Origin: an uncultured Actinomycetota bacterium
Lineage (GTDB): Bacteria; Actinomycetota; Actinomycetes; Streptosporangiales; Streptosporangiaceae
Direction of reading: 5' to 3'
Assembly (NCBI GenBank): GCA_963843745.1
Contig: CAWJLP010000005.1
Coordinates: forward strand, 214,014 to 278,013
Length of the DNA stretch: 64,000 nucleotides
Shown here: one piece after another, positions 41,689-51,385 of the stretch
How the letters are laid out: each line of letters starts with the position of its first letter
How positions within the stretch are numbered: position 1 is the stretch's first letter
Translations under genes and position numbers: made by a program
The notes under the pieces: generated by a model
What the model saw: the letters and a program-made list of their open reading frames with translations, nothing else
Told to the model about the DNA's origin: nothing
Databases searched by the model: none

Positions 41689-42401
41689 TGCCCGCCGATC
41701 TCACCGACGCGCGCCGGTGGACGCGGGACGGAACGACGCTCTTCCTCGCGGAGGCGAACCTCGACGAGGCGGCGCTCGGCGCGCCGAGCGCGCTGCCCGG
41801 CTGGACGCGCAGGCACTTGCTCGCGCACGTCGCGGCGAACGCCGGGGCGCTGGGCAACCTCGTGCACTGGGCCGCCACCGGAGAGCCGACGCCGATGTAC
41901 TCCTCGCCAGGCGCCCGTGCGGCCGGCATCGAGGGCGGCGCTCAGCTGCCTGACGCCGAGCTCGGCGCGTGGGTGCGCCGGGCCGCGCGGGCGCTGGATG
42001 ACGCCATGGCGGCGCTGAGTGACGAGCAGTGGCAGGCGCCGGTGCAGACCGCCCAGGGCCGGACGGTGCCCGCGACCGAGGTGCCGTGGCTGCGGGCACG
42101 CGAGGTGTACGTGCACGCCGTGGACCTGGCGACCGGGCTTTCTTTCGCGGAGCTGCCGGCCGGCTTCTGCGCCGCGCTGTGCGCTGACGTCGTCGCGAAA
42201 CGCGCTTCCGCTCAGCCCTCCGGCCCGGCGCTGGCCCTGGAGGCTCTTGACACGGGCGGGCGCTGGGAGCTGCCGGGCGACAGTGAGCCAGTCGCGCTGT
42301 CCGGCCCGCTGGCCGAGATCACCGCGTACCTGACCGGGCGCGCGCACAAGCTCACCACCGCCGGCGGGGAGCCGGCGCCTGTCCTGGGGCCGTGGCTATG
42401 A
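41688..42401 (+). CDS. Mycothiol-dependent maleylpyruvate isomerase family protein
   Basis: The N-terminal MDMPI/DinB-like domain reads LPGWTRRHLLAHVAANAGALGNLVHWAATGE. The start is coupled to the GDO stop through a shared TGATG. Confidence 0.82.
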   Translation: MPADLTDARRWTRDGTTLFLAEANLDEAALGAPSALPGWTRRHLLAHVAANAGALGNLVHWAATGEPTPMYSSPGARAAGIEGGAQLPDAELGAWVRRAARALDDAMAALSDEQWQAPVQTAQGRTVPATEVPWLRAREVYVHAVDLATGLSFAELPAGFCAALCADVVAKRASAQPSGPALALEALDTGGRWELPGDSEPVALSGPLAEITAYLTGRAHKLTTAGGEPAPVLGPWL

Positions 42402-43651
42402 GAAACCGGGACGTGATCGTCGTCGGCGGAGGGATCGGCGGCCTGTCCGCCGCGCTCGCGCTGGCCCGCCAGGGGCTGCGGGTGCGCGTGCTGGAACGCG
42501 CCAGGGAGTTCGGCGAGGTCGGGGCGGGAATCCAGATCGCGCCGAACTGCACCCGGCTGCTGCACGAGTACGGCCTGCTGACCGAGGCCACGGCGCTCGG
42601 CGTGCTGCCGGACAGCATTGTCATGCGGGACGCGCTCGACGGCAGCGAGCTGACCCGCCTGGACCTGGCCGGCCTGCGGCGCCGGTACGGCTTCCCTTAC
42701 ATGGTCATCCACCGCAGCGACCTGCACGGCATCTTCCTGCGCGCCTGCGCCGCGGAAGGCGCGGAGCTGCTCACCAGCCAGCTCGTGACGTCCTACGAGA
42801 ACACGGGCACTGGCGCCCGGGTCGTCCTCGCGGACGGCGGCAGCCAGGACGCGGACCTGGTCATCGCCGCCGACGGCTTGCACTCGGTGGCGCGCCAGCA
42901 GCTCATCGGCGACGCCACGGTCAACTCCGCCTACGTCGCCTACCGGGCGGCGCTGCCGATCGACCAGGTCCTCGGCAACGGGATCGCGCGCACCAACGTC
43001 GTCGTCTACATCGGGCCGCGCTGCCACTTCGTGCAGTATCCGCTGCGCGGCGGCCAGATGCTCAACCAGGTCGCCGTGTTCCAGTCGCCCAAGGCGCGCG
43101 ACGGCCGCGAGGACTGGGGCACCCCTGACGAGCTCGACGCGGCCTTCGAGACCACGTGCGAGAACGTACGCAAGGGCATCCCGCTGATGTGGCGGGACCG
43201 CTGGTGGCGAATGTTCGACAGGGACCCCATCGACAACTGGGTGCACGGCCGCGTCGCGCTGCTGGGGGACGCGGCGCATCCGCCGCTGCAGTACATGGCG
43301 CAGGGCGCGATCATGGCGATCGAGGACGGCTGGGTGCTGGCCACGCACGTCTCGCGCGGCGACGACTGGGACGCGGCGCTGGCCGCGTATCAGGCGGTGC
43401 GCGCCGAGCACTGCCGGCGGGTGGTGCTCACCTCGCGCAAGTGGGGCGACCTGTGGCACCACGACGGGACCAGGCGGCTGCAGCGGAACGCCATCCTGCG
43501 GGCGCGGGACACCGACGACTACAGCTTCACCGACTGGATCTACGGGCCGACCGCGCTGACGCCGGACCAGGAGCCGCCGCTGTACCCCGACATCCCGCTC
43601 GATTCGGTCGACGCGCAGGGCCCGGGAGTCAGCCGCGTACGTTCGGGATAA
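42398..43651 (+). CDS. FAD-dependent aromatic-ring hydroxylase, 3-hydroxybenzoate 6-hydroxylase-like
   Basis: The motifs are DVIVVGGGIGGLSAALALARQG, ...ADGLHSVAR... and LLGDAAHPPLQYMAQGAIMAIEDG. An ATGA overlaps the upstream stop. Confidence 0.85.
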   Translation: MRNRDVIVVGGGIGGLSAALALARQGLRVRVLERAREFGEVGAGIQIAPNCTRLLHEYGLLTEATALGVLPDSIVMRDALDGSELTRLDLAGLRRRYGFPYMVIHRSDLHGIFLRACAAEGAELLTSQLVTSYENTGTGARVVLADGGSQDADLVIAADGLHSVARQQLIGDATVNSAYVAYRAALPIDQVLGNGIARTNVVVYIGPRCHFVQYPLRGGQMLNQVAVFQSPKARDGREDWGTPDELDAAFETTCENVRKGIPLMWRDRWWRMFDRDPIDNWVHGRVALLGDAAHPPLQYMAQGAIMAIEDGWVLATHVSRGDDWDAALAAYQAVRAEHCRRVVLTSRKWGDLWHHDGTRRLQRNAILRARDTDDYSFTDWIYGPTALTPDQEPPLYPDIPLDSVDAQGPGVSRVRSG

Positions 43652-43661
43652 AAAAGACTGC

Positions 43662-44477
43662 TCAGCCGGCGGGCGGGAGCGACGGGCCCTGCAGCAGCGC
43701 GCCGCCGTCGATCGGGTAGACGCCGCCGGTCATGAAGCTCCCGGCCGGGGATGCCAGCAGCAGCGCCAGGCCGCGGATCTCTGACGGGTCGCCCATCCGG
43801 CCGAGCGGGATCACCGAATTCCAGCGCGCCTCGGCCTCCGGCGGCATCGGGCCGCCGCCGCCCAGGTTCGTCTTGAACGGGCCCGGCGCGATCGCGTTCA
43901 CCCGGACGTTCCACCGCGCCAGGTCGTGCGCGGCCTGCTTGGTGAAGTTGACGACGCCGGCCTTCGCGATCGCGTAGGAGTACGGGGTGAACGGGTCGTT
44001 GCGCAGGCCCGCCGTTGACGCCGTCGTGATGATCGAGCCCGACCGCTGCCGCTTCATGTGCCTCGCCGCCGCCTGTACGGTGTAGACGACACCGTGCAGG
44101 TTGACGTCGATGAGCGCGCTGTAGTCGGTCATCGACATGTCGTCCAGCCACCCTTCGGGCAGCAGCGGCGGGCGGCCGCGCGCCACGCCCGCGTTGGCGA
44201 AGGCGATGTCGATGCTCTTGTACTCGGCGACGATCGAGTCCACGCACGCGCGGACCGCCGGCGCGTCGGTGACGTCTAGCGGATAGCCGACGACGCGGCC
44301 GTGGGAGGACAGGCCCCGCAGTTCCTTCTCCAGCCGCTCGCCGTTCCAGTCGGCGACCACGACGGTCGCGCCGGCGTCAGCGAGGATCGAGGCGAACGCG
44401 TAGCCGAGGCCTGACGCTCCCCCGGTGACCAGGGCCACCTGGTCGCTGACGTCAAACAGGTCGTCAACGACGCTCAT
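43662..44477 (-). CDS. SDR family oxidoreductase
   Basis: It has the motif VALVTGGASGLGYA, with catalytic Y..K in YSYAIAK. Confidence 0.85.
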   Translation of the reverse strand: MSVVDDLFDVSDQVALVTGGASGLGYAFASILADAGATVVVADWNGERLEKELRGLSSHGRVVGYPLDVTDAPAVRACVDSIVAEYKSIDIAFANAGVARGRPPLLPEGWLDDMSMTDYSALIDVNLHGVVYTVQAAARHMKRQRSGSIITTASTAGLRNDPFTPYSYAIAKAGVVNFTKQAAHDLARWNVRVNAIAPGPFKTNLGGGGPMPPEAEARWNSVIPLGRMGDPSEIRGLALLLASPAGSFMTGGVYPIDGGALLQGPSLPPAG

Positions 44478-45523
44478 CAGGCGGCCCGCCGCCTCTTGAA
44501 GATGCGCTCGCGGTTCACCTTCGGGATCGTGATGGCCACGACCAGTGCGGCGCCGTAGAAGATCTGCTGGATATAGCTCTGCGCGCCCAGCAGTTCGAGT
44601 CCCGCCGTACCCGTCGCGAGGAAGTAGACCGCGACCAGGGCGCCGAGCGCGTTGATGCGGCCTGGCTTGATGGCGGTCGCCCCGAGGAAGACCGCCGCGT
44701 AGGCCGGGAGGATCAGAGCGCTGCCCGCCGTCGGGTCGACCGTGCCGTTGGTCGCCGCGTACGCGATCCCCGCGATGCCGGCGATGGCCGCGCCGATGAT
44801 GAAGGCCCAGGAGCGCTGGCGGTTGACCCGCACGCCGGTCAGCCGCGCCACCTCGCGCGACTGGCCGATCACGAGCGCCTTCTGCCCGACCGGCGTGAAG
44901 CTGAGCACGTACCAGACGACGAGGAAGATGGCCAGGCCGTAGTAGAACTCGAGCGGAATCGACAGGAACTCGTTCGAGAAGACCCAGTTCGACAGGCTCG
45001 TCGAGACGATGCCGACGCTGTTGTTCCCTGAGACGATGTAGATGATGCCCTGCACGATCGTCATCGTGCCGAGCGTCACGATGAACGGGTCGTTGTCGAA
45101 ATACACGACGAAGAACACGTTGAACAGGCCAACGATGACCGCCGCGGCGATTCCCGCCAGGCAGGCGAGCAGCACGTTCGTATGGTGCTGCACGTTGAGC
45201 ACGGCCAGGACCATCGCGGACAGGCCCAGCGAGGAGCCCAGCGAAAGGTCGACGAAGTCGCCCATGATCGTCGGCAGCAGCACCGCCATCACGAGGATGA
45301 ACAGCACCGCCTGGGAACCGAGGATGTTGGAGAGGTTGCCGATCGAGAGGAAGGTCGACGGTATGTCCACCCCGAACGCCACGATCATGGCGACGAGCAC
45401 GATCACGATCGCGTAGCGCTCGAGTCCCAGGCGCCGGATCGCCGACGGCCGGTCCCGCTCCGCGGGCCTCTCGTCGCGGCCGCCGGTTTCCACGGGAGCG
45501 GGTGCTCCCGGTGAGGCGCTCAT
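44477..45523 (-). CDS. Sugar-type ABC transporter permease (RbsC/AraH-like)
   Basis: 348-aa ORF, polytopic with about 9-10 hydrophobic segments. It is translationally coupled to the upstream ATPase and the downstream SDR. Confidence 0.85.
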   Translation of the reverse strand: MSASPGAPAPVETGGRDERPAERDRPSAIRRLGLERYAIVIVLVAMIVAFGVDIPSTFLSIGNLSNILGSQAVLFILVMAVLLPTIMGDFVDLSLGSSLGLSAMVLAVLNVQHHTNVLLACLAGIAAAVIVGLFNVFFVVYFDNDPFIVTLGTMTIVQGIIYIVSGNNSVGIVSTSLSNWVFSNEFLSIPLEFYYGLAIFLVVWYVLSFTPVGQKALVIGQSREVARLTGVRVNRQRSWAFIIGAAIAGIAGIAYAATNGTVDPTAGSALILPAYAAVFLGATAIKPGRINALGALVAVYFLATGTAGLELLGAQSYIQQIFYGAALVVAITIPKVNRERIFKRRRAA

Positions 45524-47151
45524 CTGACCTCCCTGATCTGCCGCAGCGCGGCTGCGGTGATTGCGTCGTCGCTTAGTTCTTCGCCGGCCAGCGTGTCGGT
45601 CGTCCGGCCTTCCGACAGGATGATCACCCGGTCGCAGACCTCGGCGAGCTCACCGAAGTCCGTCGTCACCCACAGCACCGACGTCTGATTCAGGGTGGCG
45701 GCTGATCTCACGAACCGGTAGATGTCCCGCCTGGCGCCGACGTCGACACCCTGCGTCGGCTCGTGCAGCAGCAGCAGCCGCGGCCCGGCGATCAGCCACT
45801 TCGCGAGCAGCGCCTTCTGCTGGTTGCCGCCGGAGAACGTCGCGGTGACGGCGTGCGTCTGCGGCGGCCGGATCTCGAACCGCTGGACGGCTTCGCGGGC
45901 GAGCTCCACGAGCTCGCCGCGGTGGAAGACACCGCCCCGGTAGTGCTCGTCTTCCACGAGCATGACGATGTTCTCCCACAGGGTGAGTCGTTCGGCCAGC
46001 CCCAGCAGCTGGCGGTCCGCGGGGACGAGGGCGATGCGCTGCCGCACGCTGCGCTGCGGGCTGAGCGCGGCGATGTCGAGTTTCTCTGACCCGAGGCGCA
46101 GCGTGCCGCTGAGGGCCGGGTGCGCACCGAACAGCAGGTACGGCAGGTCCTCGGCGCCCGAGCCGATGAGGCCGGCCACCCCGAGGATCTCCCCGGCGCC
46201 GATCTCGAACGACAGGTCCTTCAGCCGCCCGTCGCTCAGGTGCTCGACCGCGACGTGCTGGCCGGGCCCGGGCCCCGGCGCGTCTTCCGCGCCCGCGGGC
46301 CCGGCGGGGGCCAGCGTCACCTCGACGGGACGCGCCTCATCCGCGGCGGCGCTCCCGCCCTCCCGCGCCGACGTGCCGACGATGAGGTCGACCAGCGCCT
46401 GTTCCTCGATCTCGCCCGCGGGCACCTCGGCGACGACCCGCCCGTCCCTGAGCACGACGACGCGGTCGGCGATGGAGCGGACCGCGACCAGGTCGTGCGA
46501 GATGAACAGCACGGCCGCGCCCTCGGCCTTGACGGTCCGGATGAGGTCGAAAAGCTGCTCGACGTCCTCTTCCGGCAAGAACACGGTCGGCTCGTCGAGG
46601 ACGAGCACCGAGTGCTTGTAGCCGCTGCGCGTGCGGTACCTGTTGAGGTCTTCGGCGGCGCGGACGATCGCGAGCCGCGCCTGATCGACCGGCGGCAGCT
46701 CGCCGGTGCGCTGGTCGAGGTTGAGCCGGACGCCGTACCTGGCAAGCACGGCCGCGCCCCTCCGCTTCTCGCCGAGCCAGTTGATCGGCGCCCACGCCGC
46801 CCGCGCGCCGGCGGCGACTCGCTGACCGAGGGTCAGGTTCTCCAGGACGGTCAGACCTGGCGCCAGCGCCAGGTTCTGGTAGACGAAGCTGAGCCCGATC
46901 TGGCTCGCCTGGCCGGGCGCCAAGGGCAGCGGCACCTCCTCACCGCTCACGAAAAGGCGGCCGCCTGGCTCCGGCACGTGGACCCCGGACAGGATCTTGA
47001 CCAGCGTCGACTTGCCCGAGCCGTTCTGCCCGACGAGCCCCACCACCTCGCCGTGGCCGATGGTGAGGTCCACGTGGTCCAGCGCCCGGTTGCTGCCGAA
47101 GTCCTTGGAGATGTCGCGCAGCTCGACCGCTGGGGGAGCCGGTGCCTCCAC
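45520..47151 (-). CDS. Sugar ABC transporter ATP-binding protein (duplicated NBD, RbsA/MglA-like)
   Basis: The first NBD has GQNGSGKST and VLVLDEPT. The second, degenerate NBD has FSGGNQQK and LLLHEPTQGVD. Confidence 0.9.
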   Translation of the reverse strand: MEAPAPPAVELRDISKDFGSNRALDHVDLTIGHGEVVGLVGQNGSGKSTLVKILSGVHVPEPGGRLFVSGEEVPLPLAPGQASQIGLSFVYQNLALAPGLTVLENLTLGQRVAAGARAAWAPINWLGEKRRGAAVLARYGVRLNLDQRTGELPPVDQARLAIVRAAEDLNRYRTRSGYKHSVLVLDEPTVFLPEEDVEQLFDLIRTVKAEGAAVLFISHDLVAVRSIADRVVVLRDGRVVAEVPAGEIEEQALVDLIVGTSAREGGSAAADEARPVEVTLAPAGPAGAEDAPGPGPGQHVAVEHLSDGRLKDLSFEIGAGEILGVAGLIGSGAEDLPYLLFGAHPALSGTLRLGSEKLDIAALSPQRSVRQRIALVPADRQLLGLAERLTLWENIVMLVEDEHYRGGVFHRGELVELAREAVQRFEIRPPQTHAVTATFSGGNQQKALLAKWLIAGPRLLLLHEPTQGVDVGARRDIYRFVRSAATLNQTSVLWVTTDFGELAEVCDRVIILSEGRTTDTLAGEELSDDAITAAALRQIREVR

Positions 47152-47273
47152 CTACGCCTCCTTTTCCGCTCGTTGGCTTCCGCTCGTTGACGATGTCCGT
47201 GGAGCAGGGCAGCAGCCCGGTGCGGAATCACCCGCCCGGGCTACTGCCCGCTCGCATAACCGGCGTATCAGCG

Positions 47274-48536
47274 TCAGGGCTGGCCGGTCATCGCGCCGTT
47301 CAGCGTTGACGCGGCGTGCAGCGCGCTGCCCGACAGGGCCGGCAGCCCCAGCAGTTCGCGGAAGCCGTTGACCCACTGATCTCCGAAGCCGCCGGTGGCG
47401 AGGACGCTGTCGGCGTTATCCGGGGTGATCATCAGGTCCGGGCCGATGGCCTGGTTGTACGGGATGGGAGCCAGCTTCTCCAGCCCGCGGGCGGCCTGCA
47501 GGAACAGCAGGTAGCCCGTCCACGGCGGGGACTCGCTGACATCGCTCTGGATGATGTCCTTGCCCGGGCTGACGGTTTGCAGCTGCACGAACGGCGTGCC
47601 GCCGCCGAAGGCCAGGTACGTCTTCACGCCGGTGCGGTGCGCGGCCTGGATGCCCGCGAGCACGTAGGTCAGCTCGCCCGCGTAGTCGGGGAACAGGACG
47701 CTGACGTTCGGGTGCTGCAGCAGCTGGGAAGTCACGGTGCTGGCGACCTGCGTCTGCCACTGGGGCACCTCGACGTTCACCGCGGTCAGCGTGCACTTCG
47801 GGCAGTCCTTCGCCAGCTCGGCCTGGATCGCGTCCTCCTCGATCACCGTGGCAGGCCCGGTCGCGGTCGACGTGATCGCGATGGCGTTGAACGGCTGGCC
47901 GTTGTGCTGCTCGATCGCCTGCTCGGTCGCCAGCTTCGCGTCCTGCGCGTAGGGGTCATCGGTGTTGTAGGTGGTGTTGGCCCGCTGGTCCATGTCCGGG
48001 GTTCCGCCGTAGACGCCCACCACGATGCCGGCCTTCTGGGCCTGGGAGATCGCGGGCGCGCTGGTCGACGGATCCATCGCGCACCCCATGATGATCGCCG
48101 CATACCCCTGATGGATCGCGTCCTCGATCGCGGTGTTGTGCTCGGCCGTCGTGCCCGTGTTGTTGAAGATCGTCGGCACCATGCCAGAGGCCTTGGCGAT
48201 GTTGGAGGCGGCCTGCGCGATCTCCTCGCACGCGGCCAGCGCGCTGACGCCCGGGATGATCATGATCTTCTTCCCGGCCAGGTTCGCGATGCTGGGGATC
48301 TTGCCGCCGTAGGTGCTCCCGTAGTCGCTGAAGCTCGGCGTCGCCGCGGCCTTGGCGACGTCGGCCTGCAGCGCGGCGACGTTCGCGCTGCTCGAGCTGC
48401 CGGATGATGACGATCCCGCGCTCGACGTGCCGGAACTTGAACTGGAGCCGCTGGACGAGCAGCCCGCCAGGGCGAGGCCGCCGACTACGAGCACCGGGAT
48501 CACATTCAGGCGCAGGAATCTAGCTGTGCGCACCAT
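47274..48536 (-). CDS. Sugar ABC transporter substrate-binding lipoprotein
   Basis: Lies within ORF 47274..48551; the likely start is ATG 48536, after GAGGGGGAG. It has a lipobox (LALAGCSS), a long Ser/Gly linker and then a periplasmic-binding-protein type I-like fold. Confidence 0.82.
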   Translation of the reverse strand: MVRTARFLRLNVIPVLVVGGLALAGCSSSGSSSSSGTSSAGSSSSGSSSSANVAALQADVAKAAATPSFSDYGSTYGGKIPSIANLAGKKIMIIPGVSALAACEEIAQAASNIAKASGMVPTIFNNTGTTAEHNTAIEDAIHQGYAAIIMGCAMDPSTSAPAISQAQKAGIVVGVYGGTPDMDQRANTTYNTDDPYAQDAKLATEQAIEQHNGQPFNAIAITSTATGPATVIEEDAIQAELAKDCPKCTLTAVNVEVPQWQTQVASTVTSQLLQHPNVSVLFPDYAGELTYVLAGIQAAHRTGVKTYLAFGGGTPFVQLQTVSPGKDIIQSDVSESPPWTGYLLFLQAARGLEKLAPIPYNQAIGPDLMITPDNADSVLATGGFGDQWVNGFRELLGLPALSGSALHAASTLNGAMTGQP

Positions 48537-48952
48537 CTCCCCCTCTCGCATCCATCTCTATGGTCATGTTTGCTCACTTCTGTGATGCGCCAAGGGATGC
48601 ACGTGCACCGCATGCGCACGCTCAAAAATCACCGTGCCCAGCGGCAATGTCAACAGCGTGGTCATCGAGTTCGCGTATCGCTTCAGTTACTATCGCCAGA
48701 CCAGTAGTGGCGACCACGGAAAATTGTCGTCGCAGCACATAGCCTGGGCGCGTCGGTCGAATGTGGATTCAAAGACCGCCAATATTCATGGGTTTTATGC
48801 ACGAAATAAGTGATTCCTATTAAATCGGCAGGTTACCCGCCGGTATGCCGCCTGGTCCGATGCCGGCGCTTGTGCGCGAGCACAGCGCTGCCCCGTCGAC
48901 GCTGATCATCGCGCATATTGTCAACAAGTTAGGCCGAATTTAGGCTGGCCTC

Positions 48953-49837
48953 ATGCCAGAAGACATCACCCTGGAGCGCGGGCGGCCGGCTTCCGATACC
49001 GAGCTCGCCAGGCGGGCGGACTGGATCCGGCTGCAGACGATCGACCTGATCGCGCAGGCCGGGCTCGGCCACTATTCCTCCACCTTCTCCTGCGCGGAGA
49101 TCGTCGCGACGCTGTATTACCACGCGCTGCGGCTGCGGCCGGGCGAGCCGCGCTGGGCCGACCGGGACAGGTTCCTGCTCGGCAAGGGCCACGCGGCGAC
49201 CGGGCTCTGGCCCGTCCTCGCCGACCTCGGCTTCTACGACAAGACGCTGCTCAAGCAGTTCGGCAAGGTCGGCTCGCCGCTCAACGACCACCCGAACATG
49301 AAGCTCGCTCCCGGCATCGACTTCTCCTCCGGCTCCCTCGGGCACAACCTCAGCGTCGGCACCGGGATGGCGCTGGCCGGGCGGCTGTCCGGCCGGGACT
49401 ACCGGACGTTCGTGCTGACCGGCGACGGCGAGCTGCAGGAAGGGCAGGTCTGGGAGGCCGCGATGGCGGCGTCGCACTACAAGCTGGGCAACCTGGTCGC
49501 CATCGTGGACGCCAACGGGTTCTCGGGATCCGGCCCGACCTCGCTGGCGATGAACATCGAGCCGCTCGGCAAGCGGTTCGAGGCCTTCGGCTGGCGGGTC
49601 CAGGAGATCGACGGGCACGACATCGCCACGCTCAAGACGACGTTCGACGAGCTGCCTGACGCCGCGGCAAGCGAGCAGCCGACGGCGGTCATCGCCAGGA
49701 CGCGCAAGGGGCACGGCGTCGAGTTCATGGAGAAGCAGCCGCAGGCCTGGCACCTCGGCCTGCTCAACCCCGAGCAGTACGCCAACGTGGTCGCCGAGAT
49801 CACCGCCCGGATGGAACTCGAAGGGAGCGCGCGGTGA
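48953..49837 (+). CDS. Transketolase-family protein, N-terminal (TPP-binding) subunit
   Basis: The motifs are GHYSSTFSCAEIVATLYY, GKGHAA and the TPP motif LTGDGELQEGQVWEAAMAASHYKLGNLVAIVDAN. Confidence 0.9.
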   Translation: MPEDITLERGRPASDTELARRADWIRLQTIDLIAQAGLGHYSSTFSCAEIVATLYYHALRLRPGEPRWADRDRFLLGKGHAATGLWPVLADLGFYDKTLLKQFGKVGSPLNDHPNMKLAPGIDFSSGSLGHNLSVGTGMALAGRLSGRDYRTFVLTGDGELQEGQVWEAAMAASHYKLGNLVAIVDANGFSGSGPTSLAMNIEPLGKRFEAFGWRVQEIDGHDIATLKTTFDELPDAAASEQPTAVIARTRKGHGVEFMEKQPQAWHLGLLNPEQYANVVAEITARMELEGSAR

Positions 49838-50823
49838 GCCAGTCGCCCGAGCCGGCCGAGCGGAAGATGGTCGACGTCTTCTCCGACATCGACAGGGACA
49901 CCGCGCTCAAGGCCAACCCGTCCGGCTACGCGGTCACCGAGATCGCCGCCACCGACGACCGCGTGCTGACCATGACCGCGGACCTGTCCAATACGCTGGC
50001 CGAGTTCCGCGAGGCGTTCCCTGACAGGTACATCGAGCTCGGCATCGCGGAGACCAACTCGGTCTCGGTCGCCGCCGGCCTCGCGGCCTGCGGGTACGTG
50101 CCGTACATCTTCTCCATGTCGCCGTTCGGCATGCTGAAGACGGCCGAGCAGTGGCGCACCGACGCCGACTACAACCACCTGCCGGTCCGCCTCGTCGGGC
50201 GGCTGTCCGGCCTGGCCATGGGCTACTTCGGCACGAGCCACTACGCCGTCGAGGACATCGCGATCGCGCGGACATTCGCCAACACCACGGTGGTCTCCCC
50301 CGCCGACCAGAACGCGGTGCTCGCGCTGATGCGGTCCACGGCGGACTGCGAGGGCCCGGTCTACATCAGGATCGCCGAGGCGGTCGACCCGGTCTACGAC
50401 ACGGTGCCGGACATCACGCGCGGCATGTGGCCGCGGCTGCGGGAGGGCGGCGACCTCACGCTCGCCGCGCACGGCATGGGCGTCGGCCTCGCCGTGCAGG
50501 CCGCGGAGGTCCTGGCGTCCGAGCACGGCATCAGCGCCGACGTCTACGACGGCGGCTACCTCAAGCCGTTCGACGAGGCCGCGATCACCGGCACCGCCGC
50601 CAGGACGGGCAAGGTGCTCACGATCGAGGACCACACCGTGAACGGCGGCATCGGCGCCATCGTCGCGGAGACCGTCGCCCGGCACAAGATCGTCGCGGAC
50701 CTCGCGCAGTGCGCGCTGCCGGACGTGGACCTCGAGGTGGGCGTGCCCGCCGAGCTGTATGAGTACTACGGGCTGACGGTGGCGGGCGTGGTCGCCAGGG
50801 CCCTGGACCTCGTGAAGGGATAA
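49834..50823 (+). CDS. Transketolase-family protein, C-terminal (pyrimidine-binding) subunit
   Basis: It has ELGIAETNSVSVAAGLAACGYVPY and a C-terminal transketolase-like domain. A GTGA overlaps the upstream stop. Confidence 0.9.
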   Translation: MSQSPEPAERKMVDVFSDIDRDTALKANPSGYAVTEIAATDDRVLTMTADLSNTLAEFREAFPDRYIELGIAETNSVSVAAGLAACGYVPYIFSMSPFGMLKTAEQWRTDADYNHLPVRLVGRLSGLAMGYFGTSHYAVEDIAIARTFANTTVVSPADQNAVLALMRSTADCEGPVYIRIAEAVDPVYDTVPDITRGMWPRLREGGDLTLAAHGMGVGLAVQAAEVLASEHGISADVYDGGYLKPFDEAAITGTAARTGKVLTIEDHTVNGGIGAIVAETVARHKIVADLAQCALPDVDLEVGVPAELYEYYGLTVAGVVARALDLVKG

Positions 50824-50827
50824 CCGC

Positions 50828-51385
50828 ATGCCAGAACCGCTACTCGACCCCACCGGCGACAGCGACCGCAGCACCAACACGACGCTGGCGCCGCGGCCCC
50901 AGATGCTGAAGGGCCTGGTCGTCGGCCTGCTCGACAACACCAAGCCGAACGGCGCCGTCATCCTCCGGGCCGTCGGCCGCGAACTGCAGGAGAAGTACGG
51001 CGTCCGGGAGATCCGGATGTTCCAGAAGGGCTACTTCGGCACGCCCGTCGAGGAGTCCGTCGTCCAGCAGATGCTGCACAACTGCGATTTCGCGGTCGCC
51101 GCGATCGGTGATTGAGGCTCGTGCAGCGCGGCCAGTTTGGCCGATGGGATCGTGCTGGAGCGGGCCGGCATCCCCGCTGTCAGCCTGTGCACGGATGCCT
51201 TCAGGATCACCGCCGAGGCGATGGCGAACCAGATGGGGTTCCCCGGCTACCAGTACGTGGCCGTGCCGCACCCGGTCGCCAGCCGCACAGAAAAGGAGAT
51301 CGACGAGATGGCGCGCGACGCGCTGCCTGACGTCATCAAGGTGCTTGGCGCCGGGCTGACCTACCTGGCGGTGACACGAGCGTGA
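50828..51385 (+). CDS. UGSC-motif protein; candidate selenoprotein with in-frame TGA at 51113..51115 (otherwise a gene split into two)
   Basis: ORFs 50828..51115 and 51137..51385 are in the same frame, separated only by TGA. Read-through gives ...CDFAVAAIGD-U-GSCSAASLADGIVLERAGIPAVSLCTDAF..., 185 aa in total. The gene is tightly coupled to both flanking genes. Confidence 0.6.
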
